NCBI GenBank assembly: GCA_964481435.1
Contig: CAYZTH010000001.1
Coordinates: 7,992-71,991 of the forward strand
Direction of reading: 5' to 3'
From: Candidatus Woesearchaeota archaeon
GTDB lineage: Archaea; Nanobdellota; Nanobdellia; Pacearchaeales; UBA284
DNA: 64,000 nucleotides
Position numbers and translations under genes: made by a program. Each line of letters begins with the position of its first letter. Positions within the stretch are counted from its first letter, which is position 1. Under the pieces are notes generated by a model. It made no database searches and was not told the origin of the DNA. It saw nothing but the letters and a program-made list of their open reading frames with translations. Below are positions 47,538 to 56,049 of the stretch, piece after piece.

Positions 47538-48128
47538 TTAAACTCCTTGTGGGAAATAGCACGCGTCCCAGCAATAATCTTTGTTATTGTATTTTATCAT
47601 ACATACTTCATAGCAAAGGGATGATGCGACATCCATTTCCGCTCTAGCTTCGCCATAAATTTCATTTGATACATTAAAGCATGCCCCATTACTGCAGCTT
47701 AAATTATATGCCAAGCAGTTATATTCCGTGTAGCGACATTCATCTTTTAAACAGTAGAACTCCCTGAGCCATGATCTGCTCTTACAGAAGTCTGTGCAAA
47801 TCCAAGTTGAATTATAATAAACGCAACCCGTTTTATTTAAATTCATTTTAGGGGCCCGGGTTATACCCTTTAGATAGATGTTTGCACCACCATCAGAATC
47901 TGTGCAATTCGTCTGATTTCCTAAAGTTAGGCTTGTTCCCATTCCGCCTAAACTTGCTCCAGCATACTCGCTATCAGTTGGGGCTGTTGAGACTGGAAAA
48001 AGTAAGTCTGAGAAGCTTAAACCAATTGCGGCTGCTAATAGAACGGCAACCACCACAAGAACAGCAAAAATTGCCTTGTTATGGCTAGAATTGTTGTTGC
48101 TTTGTATCGCTTTCAAATTATTTTTCAT
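47538..48128 (-). CDS. Membrane-anchored Cys-rich surface protein (CxDxDGG motif), copy B
   Basis: Same RBS and N-terminus as copy A; CTDSDGG..KG..TDFC; divergent C-terminus. Confidence 0.75.
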   Translation of the reverse strand: MKNNLKAIQSNNNSSHNKAIFAVLVVVAVLLAAAIGLSFSDLLFPVSTAPTDSEYAGASLGGMGTSLTLGNQTNCTDSDGGANIYLKGITRAPKMNLNKTGCVYYNSTWICTDFCKSRSWLREFYCLKDECRYTEYNCLAYNLSCSNGACFNVSNEIYGEARAEMDVASSLCYEVCMIKYNNKDYCWDACYFPQGV

Positions 48129-48148
48129 ATTAAACCTCCTTTCAATCA
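47956..48148. repeat. 193-bp direct repeat, copy B
   Basis: Near-identical to 47263..47455. Confidence 0.95.
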
Positions 48149-48208
48149 CTTAAAATTATGATAATAGCTAAGTTAGAAGCGGTTTATATATCTTTTTACA
48201 GAATATCT

Positions 48209-49594
48209 TTACTGTGCTGCAACAAACTTTCTAGCCAATGGACTTGAATCCATTGCATGCTGCTGAGCAATATCCTCATACATCTTGTATAAGATCATGA
48301 CTGCAAGCAGGATTCCTGTTCCCCGAACTAATGCCCCAGTTATATCTGCCAGAGCAGCGATTAAACCAACTGCTGCTCCTCCCATGATTGTTAGTGGCAT
48401 GATGTATCTAGATAAGATTGATTCTATTACTCGTGGGTCTCTTCTGAATCCAGCTACTTGTAATCCGCTTGAAGAAATCTGACTAGCCTGATTTGAAGCA
48501 TCCATCCCCGATGTTTTGACCCAGAATACTGCAAATACAATTGAACCAGCTACCATGAACAGGATATAAAATAGTGATTGAGCAAGCATAACTGGTTGTA
48601 AAGATCCCTTGATTATCGGTTCAATTATCCCATTGTTTGGAGGGGATAGCCAAAATGCGAGTCCTGATTGTGCAACGCCGTTGCTGAAATGCCCTAGGAA
48701 AGTGGCTTTCTTTGCAACATTTTCTGCCAGTGTCGCAACAAGTTGCAGATTAGCGTGCAGAGCAGCAGTCAAAATAACGGGGATGTTACTTGTATAGAAA
48801 AATGATAGCGGCCACCGGATATTCATTCCACGGATTCTTCCGAAAGATAGGGGGACCTCGACTTTGATTGATTGCGTATAAACCACAACAAAGAAAACAA
48901 CAACTGTTGCAGCAATAGCTGCAAATGCAACACTAGCAGTTATAATTGATCCTGGACTGCTTGGATTAATTAATGAGTTGATTAAGACCAATACCTTTCC
49001 TGTTGGTTGGATAACTCTTCCAGCCCCTAGGAAGCCGAATGCTTTTGTGAAAAGCTGCCAGGCAACACCACCGACAATGAATAAACTGACTCCCGAACCA
49101 AATCCATATTTAGAGACTACTTCATCCATAAGCAGGACCATTACTCCTCCGATGATTAATTGAAGTATAACCAGCCACTCAAATCCAGGCATTGCTCTGA
49201 TTCCGCCCATAAGGACGTAGATTAGCGCTTCGAAAACAACGAAGAATAAGGATAGTACTTTTTGCAGACCCTCAAAGAGTTTTTTCCCGTTTGGATCCTG
49301 TAAATCAATATTCAATATTTTTGAACCAACTAAAAGTTGCAATACGATAGATGCAGTAACAATCGGCCCGATACCTAGGCTCATCAGGCTGCCGAAGCTT
49401 GCTCCAAAGATGATTGATAAGAATTCGAATTGGCTTAGGGCACTTGCTTCAAGTTTATACAATGGGATATTAGAGAGAATGAAAAAGAAACCAAGTATAA
49501 TTAAAGTCCACTTCAACCTCTTACTGAACTCTAATTTTTTTTCAGCAGGGCCCTCGACTGCAGGCAAGTTCAACAATAAATCCTTTAAGGCCAT
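48209..49594 (-). CDS. secY: Protein translocase subunit SecY
   Basis: SLGIGPIVTASIVLQLL, GSGVSLFI, YTSNIPVIL, GFRRDPR, GTGILL. Confidence 0.97.
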   Translation of the reverse strand: MALKDLLLNLPAVEGPAEKKLEFSKRLKWTLIILGFFFILSNIPLYKLEASALSQFEFLSIIFGASFGSLMSLGIGPIVTASIVLQLLVGSKILNIDLQDPNGKKLFEGLQKVLSLFFVVFEALIYVLMGGIRAMPGFEWLVILQLIIGGVMVLLMDEVVSKYGFGSGVSLFIVGGVAWQLFTKAFGFLGAGRVIQPTGKVLVLINSLINPSSPGSIITASVAFAAIAATVVVFFVVVYTQSIKVEVPLSFGRIRGMNIRWPLSFFYTSNIPVILTAALHANLQLVATLAENVAKKATFLGHFSNGVAQSGLAFWLSPPNNGIIEPIIKGSLQPVMLAQSLFYILFMVAGSIVFAVFWVKTSGMDASNQASQISSSGLQVAGFRRDPRVIESILSRYIMPLTIMGGAAVGLIAALADITGALVRGTGILLAVMILYKMYEDIAQQHAMDSSPLARKFVAAQ

Positions 49595-49612
49595 TTTTTC
49601 TTTTTTCCTTTA

Positions 49613-50038
49613 TTATATTTTAATAGATCCGCCGGCTTTTGTAATCTTTTCTTCAGCTGCTTTCGAAAAACCAGAAGCCGCAATAAAAAGTTTTTTATTA
49701 ACTTTTCCAGAACTCAAAATCTTGAAACCTTTCATATCAACATCAAAACCGTCGCCTGTTTTTTTGGCTTTTCCTTTTTTAATCAGTACTTCAATTTTAT
49801 CATTGATAAATCCTACATTGACGCCCCTGATTTTTTTATGCCTGCTTGTAAAACCATGTTTTCCAAAATAATCTGGCGCATATTTCAGGACCCAGAGTCT
49901 CTTTTGTCCGGCCCTTTTTCCTGTTCCGGCCATACCCTTTCCTCCGCGATGTCCCTTTCCTCGGTAATTTTGTCTTGAGCCTGTTCCAGCTGTTCTGCTT
50001 CCTCTTAACCTGGATCTTTTAGTTCTTTTTCGGTTCAT
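49613..50038 (-). CDS. rpl15: 50S ribosomal protein uL15
   Basis: RGSRTAG..RGKGHRGGKGMAG, YFGKHGF, KILSSG, KITKAGG. Confidence 0.95.
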   Translation of the reverse strand: MNRKRTKRSRLRGSRTAGTGSRQNYRGKGHRGGKGMAGTGKRAGQKRLWVLKYAPDYFGKHGFTSRHKKIRGVNVGFINDKIEVLIKKGKAKKTGDGFDVDMKGFKILSSGKVNKKLFIAASGFSKAAEEKITKAGGSIKI

Positions 50039-50040
50039 TT

Positions 50041-50214
50041 TTACTTGACTACCTTCCTGCTTTTTGGCTTGAAAATTTTTGCAAGGCACTTTCTGCATCT
50101 GACTTTTCCTTCAGCAATCTTTCTTGCTTCAACTCTTAGTTTTGCTCCACAGTTCTTACATACAAAGACATTCTTAAAGAGCCTTGCCTGCGCCGCTTCT
50201 ATTTTTCCAGCCAT
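50041..50214 (-). CDS. rpl40e: 50S ribosomal protein eL40 (57 aa, absent from ORF track)
   Basis: MAGKIEAAQARLFKNVFVCKNCGAKLR...VRCRKCLAKIFKPKSRK zinc ribbon. Confidence 0.85.
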   Translation of the reverse strand: MAGKIEAAQARLFKNVFVCKNCGAKLRVEARKIAEGKVRCRKCLAKIFKPKSRKVVK

Positions 50215-50244
50215 TTTTGTTTATATTTTATTATTTAATTATTT

Positions 50245-50311
50245 CAAGACTGCCGCGGTACTCGGGGTGACTTGTTAGGGGTCGCAACCCATACGAACAC
50301 AATGTGTCTTG
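50245..50311. other. GC-rich structured element upstream of rpl40e (candidate ncRNA or leader)
   Basis: CAAGAC/GTCTTG outer stem with nested hairpins in an otherwise AT-rich gap. Confidence 0.45.
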
Positions 50312-50342
50312 GTAATCTTATTTAGTATTATAAATGTTCTTA

Positions 50343-50735
50343 TTATATCAATCTCTTTATTATCCTCTTGCCCTCAACATCCCAGTATTCAACATTCTGG
50401 TTCTCTACTATGTCAGATAATAAGTCACTAGCAACCTTTATTTCCGAACTTTCAAATGTTTCAAGGTCCATTATATTTGCCATGCCGGTCTCTTTGTTGA
50501 CCCCAAGCACTTGTGCTCTCTTTTTTTCAATCATAGGGACTTCAAATCTTTCTGAACCCGGAACTGCTATAATCTTTTTCTTATCATCAATGATGCCGAT
50601 AGCCTCAATTCTGCACTTGCTGGCGCCGTGTTTTCCACTTTTACTTATATCAATGTTTTTTACAGTGCAGGCAACACCATCAATTATGATACTATTTCCA
50701 CACTTGACATTGTTTGCATCAACAAGATTTGCCAT
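50343..50735 (-). CDS. eif5a: Translation factor aIF5A
   Basis: SKSGKHGASK hypusine motif, MDLETFE. Confidence 0.95.
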   Translation of the reverse strand: MANLVDANNVKCGNSIIIDGVACTVKNIDISKSGKHGASKCRIEAIGIIDDKKKIIAVPGSERFEVPMIEKKRAQVLGVNKETGMANIMDLETFESSEIKVASDLLSDIVENQNVEYWDVEGKRIIKRLI

Positions 50736-50785
50736 GAACTACAAGAAAAAATTAATTTTTAAACCTTCGCTTTTCAATAAGAAGT

Positions 50786-51247
50786 TCACGAAGCCTTCGC
50801 TTCGACCTTTTTTGTTCTATTCTTTCTTTGTTCGTCCATATAAACTAAAGTATTATATCTCATCTTAATATGCCGTCCAATCTTTTCGGCAGTGGGCGTA
50901 TCTCTGATTTGGTTATAAGGAATCCAATGCATCGCAGCGTATGTAACAACCACTCCTTGACTTAATTTGCTAGCGTCTGCGGTAATTAGTTCAATGACTG
51001 GTTTTGTTTTTGCAAGAAGTTTATCTAGATAAGTTTTCCATACGTCTTCCCTAATAGCTTCATATGTCTTAAAAGCCGCTTCACTTTTTTGCCTGCTGTC
51101 TTGAACAGACATGTTTCCAGCCATTACAATGTTTAAGAGTCTAGAACACTCGCCAAAATAGGTTTTTGCAGCCTCATCGTTCCTTTTATTAGTTGCCCAT
51201 TCGTGATAAAGACCATCGATTTCTTGTAATTCGGCTACTAGATTCAT
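50786..51247 (-). CDS. Hypothetical protein
   Basis: 153-aa ORF co-oriented and tightly packed with neighbours. Confidence 0.55.
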   Translation of the reverse strand: MNLVAELQEIDGLYHEWATNKRNDEAAKTYFGECSRLLNIVMAGNMSVQDSRQKSEAAFKTYEAIREDVWKTYLDKLLAKTKPVIELITADASKLSQGVVVTYAAMHWIPYNQIRDTPTAEKIGRHIKMRYNTLVYMDEQRKNRTKKVEAKAS

Positions 51248-51252
51248 TTTAA

Positions 51253-51684
51253 TCAGAAATTCCTTTTGATATTCTCTTTAATGGCATTCATATCATCTTT
51301 TCTGCCCTTTTTGCCAGTCCTTTTCAATTTTGGAAAGACCATGCTGACTGGTTTTGTTGTTTTTGAGGTCTTTGGTCGTGGAACAGTTATTGGCCTGCCT
51401 CTTGCTATCTCTTTCATGATCTGTTCGACCTCCTCTCTTGCTTGTTTTATCTCCTCTCTTGTCTTAGAGCTCTTTTTAGGAGCAATTTCTTTTAAAACAC
51501 CTTCAAGAAGCTGGATTTTAAGTTCTTGTTCATAGATTTTCCTTGCCATGATTCCCATAGCAGTCCATATCTGGGCATTTGCAGGCTTATTAGAATTTTT
51601 ATATGCTGGAAAGAAAGTAGTTTTTTTGATAAGGTCCTCAACATACTGCCCTATGTCTTTATCGAGTTCTTTTCTCCATTCCAT
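51253..51684 (-). CDS. Hypothetical protein
   Basis: 143-aa ORF with upstream TATA; AY..S.KPANAQIW segment. Confidence 0.65.
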   Translation of the reverse strand: MEWRKELDKDIGQYVEDLIKKTTFFPAYKNSNKPANAQIWTAMGIMARKIYEQELKIQLLEGVLKEIAPKKSSKTREEIKQAREEVEQIMKEIARGRPITVPRPKTSKTTKPVSMVFPKLKRTGKKGRKDDMNAIKENIKRNF

Positions 51685-51783
51685 TAAATTTTAATCTTTT
51701 TATAATATTTAAGCTTTATTGTGATGTATTAACTAAAAAATGAATAAAAGAAAAGTTTAAAAATAAAAAGGGTATATCAAAAA

Positions 51784-52122
51784 ATGAGTTTTGTCAATAA
51801 TGGTCATGATATTCTTCGCAGGAGAAACAAAGAAAAACTGTTAAAGGTATTGGCTACTGCGGGTTTTAAAATAAAAAAGGGCGGAGAAAATATTCAAATT
51901 CGTGTCCCGGATTTAGCGGGGGTAGTTGCTGAAATAAGCCCATTTTATGCTTTGAATAGGGGGCCGGGCAAGCAAGAGGGATTTGGCACCCACTCAACAG
52001 GGGACTTTTTAATAAATTATCCTGCTCAAGTCCGAAGTCCGGAGTATGCACAAGCCCAGAAAATAATACATCTGCTATACGTAGATAGTGTTTGGACAGA
52101 TACTGGCAGATTAAAAGATTAA
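51784..52122 (+). CDS. Hypothetical protein
   Basis: 112-aa ORF following a TTTAAAAA box. Confidence 0.5.
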   Translation: MSFVNNGHDILRRRNKEKLLKVLATAGFKIKKGGENIQIRVPDLAGVVAEISPFYALNRGPGKQEGFGTHSTGDFLINYPAQVRSPEYAQAQKIIHLLYVDSVWTDTGRLKD

Positions 52123-52158
52123 GCAATAACTTTAAAACCCTTCTTTTCTAAGAAAATC

Positions 52159-52845
52159 ATGGCAACGAAAAAAAACGATTTTATTGAACTTGATTTCATC
52201 GGTCGAGTAGATACAAAAGACGGTCCTATTTTTGATACTACTAATTTTGAAAAAGCAAAAGAAGCTGAATTGGCTGATGAGAAGACCAAGAGCAAATTTA
52301 AGCCAGTCAAGCTCTGCATAGGTCAGGAGATGGTTCTGAAATCCCTTGATAAAGATTTAGAAGGGAAAGAAGTCGGAAAAACCTTTTATCTCGAAATAAA
52401 AGTCAAGGAAGCCTATGGAAACAGAGATGTAAAATTGATAAGAACCGTTCCCCTTACTTCATTTGAAGAGATGCCCCAGAGAGGAATGTTTGTGAATGTC
52501 AATGGCATGGTCGCCAAAGTCGTCTCTGTAAATGGCGGCAGAGTAATAATAGACATGAATCATCCTCTAGCTGGAAAAGATTTATTTTACGAATATAAAA
52601 TTATAAAAATAATAGAAGACACAAAAGAAAAGGCAAATATTATTCTAGAGATGTTTGGAATAAATGAAAAAAATGTTGACCTAAAAGAGAACAAGTTAAT
52701 CATAAAACAAAAAGTTCAAGACGTGATTCAGCAAGTTGCAAAGAAAAAGATAAAAGAACTCCTAAATCTTGAAATAGAATTCTCAGAGTCTAAGAAGAGT
52801 CTTGAAGAAGAACTTGGAGACAAAGTTAAGAAAGAAGAGAAATAG
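52159..52845 (+). CDS. FKBP-type peptidyl-prolyl isomerase (SlyD-like)
   Basis: IFDTT, EAYGNRD, GRVIIDMNHPLAGKDL. Confidence 0.93.
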   Translation: MATKKNDFIELDFIGRVDTKDGPIFDTTNFEKAKEAELADEKTKSKFKPVKLCIGQEMVLKSLDKDLEGKEVGKTFYLEIKVKEAYGNRDVKLIRTVPLTSFEEMPQRGMFVNVNGMVAKVVSVNGGRVIIDMNHPLAGKDLFYEYKIIKIIEDTKEKANIILEMFGINEKNVDLKENKLIIKQKVQDVIQQVAKKKIKELLNLEIEFSESKKSLEEELGDKVKKEEK

Positions 52846-52965
52846 GCCCTAACCTTTTTTAATTATAATTAAAGTTTATTAAGGGAGATATATGTTCTCT
52901 ATCCTAATAAACTTTAAATATCTATAACTCAACACTATAATATAAAAGGGAGAAATATAAAAAAG

Positions 52966-54051
52966 ATGGCTGAACTTTTTAAAGCAAGAGAAGAGACTCA
53001 CGAGATAGATAAAGAACTTGAAGAAATTATCAATAGGCAGAAAGCTTCTATCAGGGTCTTTGGTGTAGGCGGAGGCGGAAATAATACTCTGACAAGAATG
53101 AAAGAAATAGGAATTAAAGGAGCTGAGTGCATAGCTCTGAATACTGATGCCCAAGATCTACTTTATACTTATGCTGATACTAAAATTCTAATAGGAAAAG
53201 AGCTAACCCATGGCCTAGGGGCCGGGTCAAATCCCCAAGTTGGAGAAGATGCTGCAAAAGAATCTGAGCATGAAATAAAGCAAAGATTGCAAGGTGCCGA
53301 CATGTGCTTCATAACCTGTGGCCTAGGAGGAGGAACAGGAACCGGGGCAGCTCCTGTTGTCGCAAACATTGCAAAGAAAATGGGGGCTCTGACAATAGCC
53401 GTAGTTACAATTCCATTTACAATTGAAGGCCAGAAAAGATATGAGAATGCAATGCAAGGCCTAGAAAGAATGGAGGAATCAGTAGATACTTTAATTGTTA
53501 TTCCAAATGATAAACTTTTAGAACTTGCTCCCGACTTGCCGTTGCATACTGCTTTCAAGATAGCAGATGAAATTTTGACAAATGCCGTTAAGGGAATTAC
53601 CGAACTTGTTACAAAAGCAGGCCTAGTCAATCTAGATTTTGCGGATATAAGGGCGGTCATGGTCAATGGAGGGGTTGCAATGATTGGTGTCGGAGAAGCT
53701 GACTCAGGTGACAGAGCAACAGAAGCAGTTGAGAAAGCTATTGAAAATCCTTTATTAGATGTGGACATAACAGACGCAACCGGCGCTCTGATAAATATTA
53801 TAGGTGGTCTTGATCTTTCACTTGAAGAAGCAAAGAAAGTTATTGAGGCAGTTTCAAGAAGAATTTCTCCAAATGCAAAAATGATTTGGGGAGCCCAACT
53901 ATCAGAGGATATGGATAAGACCCTAAGGGTCCTATTGATTGTAACTGGTGTTAGAAGTCCCCAGATCTTGGGTAATAAAGAAACAACAAAGTCCCGTGCA
54001 AGAAAAGAGATGTCTGGAGAATTTGATATCGATTTTGTTGAAGGGGAATAA
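52966..54051 (+). CDS. ftsZ: Cell division protein FtsZ
   Basis: GVGGGGNN, NTDAQDL, GLGGGTGTG, NLDFAD. Confidence 0.98.
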   Translation: MAELFKAREETHEIDKELEEIINRQKASIRVFGVGGGGNNTLTRMKEIGIKGAECIALNTDAQDLLYTYADTKILIGKELTHGLGAGSNPQVGEDAAKESEHEIKQRLQGADMCFITCGLGGGTGTGAAPVVANIAKKMGALTIAVVTIPFTIEGQKRYENAMQGLERMEESVDTLIVIPNDKLLELAPDLPLHTAFKIADEILTNAVKGITELVTKAGLVNLDFADIRAVMVNGGVAMIGVGEADSGDRATEAVEKAIENPLLDVDITDATGALINIIGGLDLSLEEAKKVIEAVSRRISPNAKMIWGAQLSEDMDKTLRVLLIVTGVRSPQILGNKETTKSRARKEMSGEFDIDFVEGE

Positions 54052-54117
54052 GCCTGCCAAAATGTCCTAAAAAGCTCCAAACCAAAGATTTAAAAAACAT
54101 CCAGTTTTCTTGTTTTT

Positions 54118-54300
54118 ATGTCTATCTTAGTTAAAACTAAATCATTCATAGATCAGTGTGTTAGGGTAATGAAGGTAGCTAGAAAACCAACAAAAACCGA
54201 GCTTATGCAGGTTTCAAAGATTTCAGCGATAGGGTTTGCGATTATAGGTTTTCTAGGTTTTTTACTAAGTATAATATTCATATACCTCTTCGGAGTGTAA
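54118..54300 (+). CDS. secE: Protein translocase SecE/Sec61 gamma
   Basis: RVMKVARKP..E..G..IIGFLGF; ftsZ-secE-spt5 synteny. Confidence 0.92.
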   Translation: MSILVKTKSFIDQCVRVMKVARKPTKTELMQVSKISAIGFAIIGFLGFLLSIIFIYLFGV

Positions 54301-54337
54301 AAATAGAAATAAGCAGAAAAAATCAAAAAAATAAAAA

Positions 54338-54799
54338 ATGATATTTGTCGTTAAAGTCATAACAAACAAGGAAGATCAGTCAGCTGAGCTGATTGCATCA
54401 AAAGCAGCTAAGAAAAATCTCGAAGTATATTCTGTGATAAAACCCCATGGTCTTAGGGGTTATATTCTCATAGAAGCCCTCGATTACGATGTTGCTCAGC
54501 AAGCAGCCTTGAATGTCCCCTATGTAAAGGGCGTTATTTTCAAGAGTCTAGAGTATAAAGAGGTTGAAACGATGCTTGAACCTGTAGCAACAACCATCAA
54601 TATAGAGAAAGGAGACATCGTAGAGATGTTGACAGAACCTTTCAAAAGAGAGAAAGCCAAAGTTGTCAGAGTTGATAAAACAAAAGAAGAAGTCATTGTT
54701 GAGCTTCTTGAAGCCGCTGTTCCTATCCCAATAACTGTCAAGTTAGATAACGTTAAAGTTATAAGAAGAACAAAAGAAGAGCTTGAAGAAGAAAAGTAA
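54338..54799 (+). CDS. spt5: Transcription elongation factor Spt5
   Basis: LRGYILIEA, GDIVE..PFKREKAKV KOW, EAAVPIPITV. Confidence 0.95.
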   Translation: MIFVVKVITNKEDQSAELIASKAAKKNLEVYSVIKPHGLRGYILIEALDYDVAQQAALNVPYVKGVIFKSLEYKEVETMLEPVATTINIEKGDIVEMLTEPFKREKAKVVRVDKTKEEVIVELLEAAVPIPITVKLDNVKVIRRTKEELEEEK

Positions 54800-54806
54800 T
54801 TCTAAA

Positions 54807-55286
54807 ATGAAAGAAACAACTTTCAATAAGCTAGAGAATTGGCAGAAAGATTTAATTCTGAAGGCAGAGAGTGTCATGAGAAGATCCTATAATCTTTATT
54901 CACATTTTTGTGTTGGTGCAGCAGTATTATCTAATTCTGGAAAGATTTACCTTGGAACCTTTGCAGAGAACTCCTCGCAGGGAGGGACGATATGCGCAGA
55001 GAGGGCAGCAATTCTTGCAGCAAATACCGATGGTGAGAGATACTACAAAGCGATTGCAGTCATTGGAGCAGGAGAGACATTTGATTGTAAAGAGCCAGTA
55101 ACTCCTTGCGGAGAATGCAGGCAATTTATGAATGATTTTGCCCAGATTGCTCAGCAAGATATAATGTTAATATGTTCAAATACAAAAAAAGATAAGATTT
55201 TCATAACAAGCATAAAAGAACTTCTTCCTGTTCCCTTTGGTCCAGATGATTCTGGTCAGGATGTTTCAAGATTTAGAAAAAAGTAA
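54807..55286 (+). CDS. cdd: Cytidine deaminase
   Basis: YSHFCVGAA, ICAERAA, PCGECRQ, ELLPVPF. Confidence 0.93.
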   Translation: MKETTFNKLENWQKDLILKAESVMRRSYNLYSHFCVGAAVLSNSGKIYLGTFAENSSQGGTICAERAAILAANTDGERYYKAIAVIGAGETFDCKEPVTPCGECRQFMNDFAQIAQQDIMLICSNTKKDKIFITSIKELLPVPFGPDDSGQDVSRFRKK

Positions 55287-55305
55287 TTCTAAGAATTTTT
55301 CTAAT

Positions 55306-56019
55306 TTAGCCAAATCCGCCTTGTTCAAACTTTTTATAGTATACAAATACAACAACCGCTGCAATTAATATAGCGAATACGACCAAGGCAAATATGTTTG
55401 CTGAAGATATTAAGAATAGCATCAACAAGCTAATGACCAGCACAAATATTGTCATTATCCTTGATCCATTGAATATCTTGAATCCTATTCCCACCGGTAT
55501 TAAAGATAAGACCGCAAGCCAGACCGGGTAGATAGCCAAAGTTCCAAGTCCAACAATTTTCAAAATTACTGCAAAAATTAATGAAGCAACTGGTCCAGAT
55601 AATCCTATCTTGGCAATATCCCTCTCTTCCATCTCATACCACTTCCTCCGCATTCTGGACTGCATTGGTTCGAAGTCAAAAGTAAGTATTGAAGACCAGA
55701 GGAAATGTCCAAGACTTACGAAAAATGAGATTAAAGGCAGGAATAGCCAAATTGGGAAAGCCCACTTTAATTTGAATCTGTCTTCCCACCAGTATCTTCT
55801 GAAAGAGAGTAGTTTTACTTTAATATTACAATTGTAATAATAGGCAGTTATTTTCATTCCTAAGATGAATAAAAAAACCATCACCAAAGAGAATGCAAGA
55901 AGAAGCCATATTTGTGCTGTTTCAAAATAAAGAAATTTTCCCACTATCTTCATAGACATAAGTAGTCCTAAAAGAACTGATGCAACTATCCACGCAACCA
56001 CCTCATCAAAAGTAAACAT
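55306..56019 (-). CDS. Membrane protein resembling peptidase M50 but lacking HExxH
   Basis: KIGLSGPVAS and LSLIP segments; many TMs. Confidence 0.55.
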   Translation of the reverse strand: MFTFDEVVAWIVASVLLGLLMSMKIVGKFLYFETAQIWLLLAFSLVMVFLFILGMKITAYYYNCNIKVKLLSFRRYWWEDRFKLKWAFPIWLFLPLISFFVSLGHFLWSSILTFDFEPMQSRMRRKWYEMEERDIAKIGLSGPVASLIFAVILKIVGLGTLAIYPVWLAVLSLIPVGIGFKIFNGSRIMTIFVLVISLLMLFLISSANIFALVVFAILIAAVVVFVYYKKFEQGGFG

Positions 56020-56049
56020 GTTAATTTAATTGATTTTGTATTTATTTAT

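Noticed and set aside
46881..48148. Diversity-generating retroelement TR/VR pair
   Set aside because: No reverse transcriptase in the window, the repeat is N-terminal, and there are only 2 mismatches.
50039..50098. N-terminal extension of uL15
   Set aside because: This stretch belongs to the overlapping rpl40e frame; the real start is 50038.
50245..50311. SRP RNA, tRNA or C/D guide
   Set aside because: No SRP helix-8 motif, no T-loop, no C/D boxes.
53169..54080. 303-aa antisense ORF
   Set aside because: Mirror of ftsZ codons with no recognisable motifs; same for 61923..62684, 27243..27896 and other shadow ORFs.
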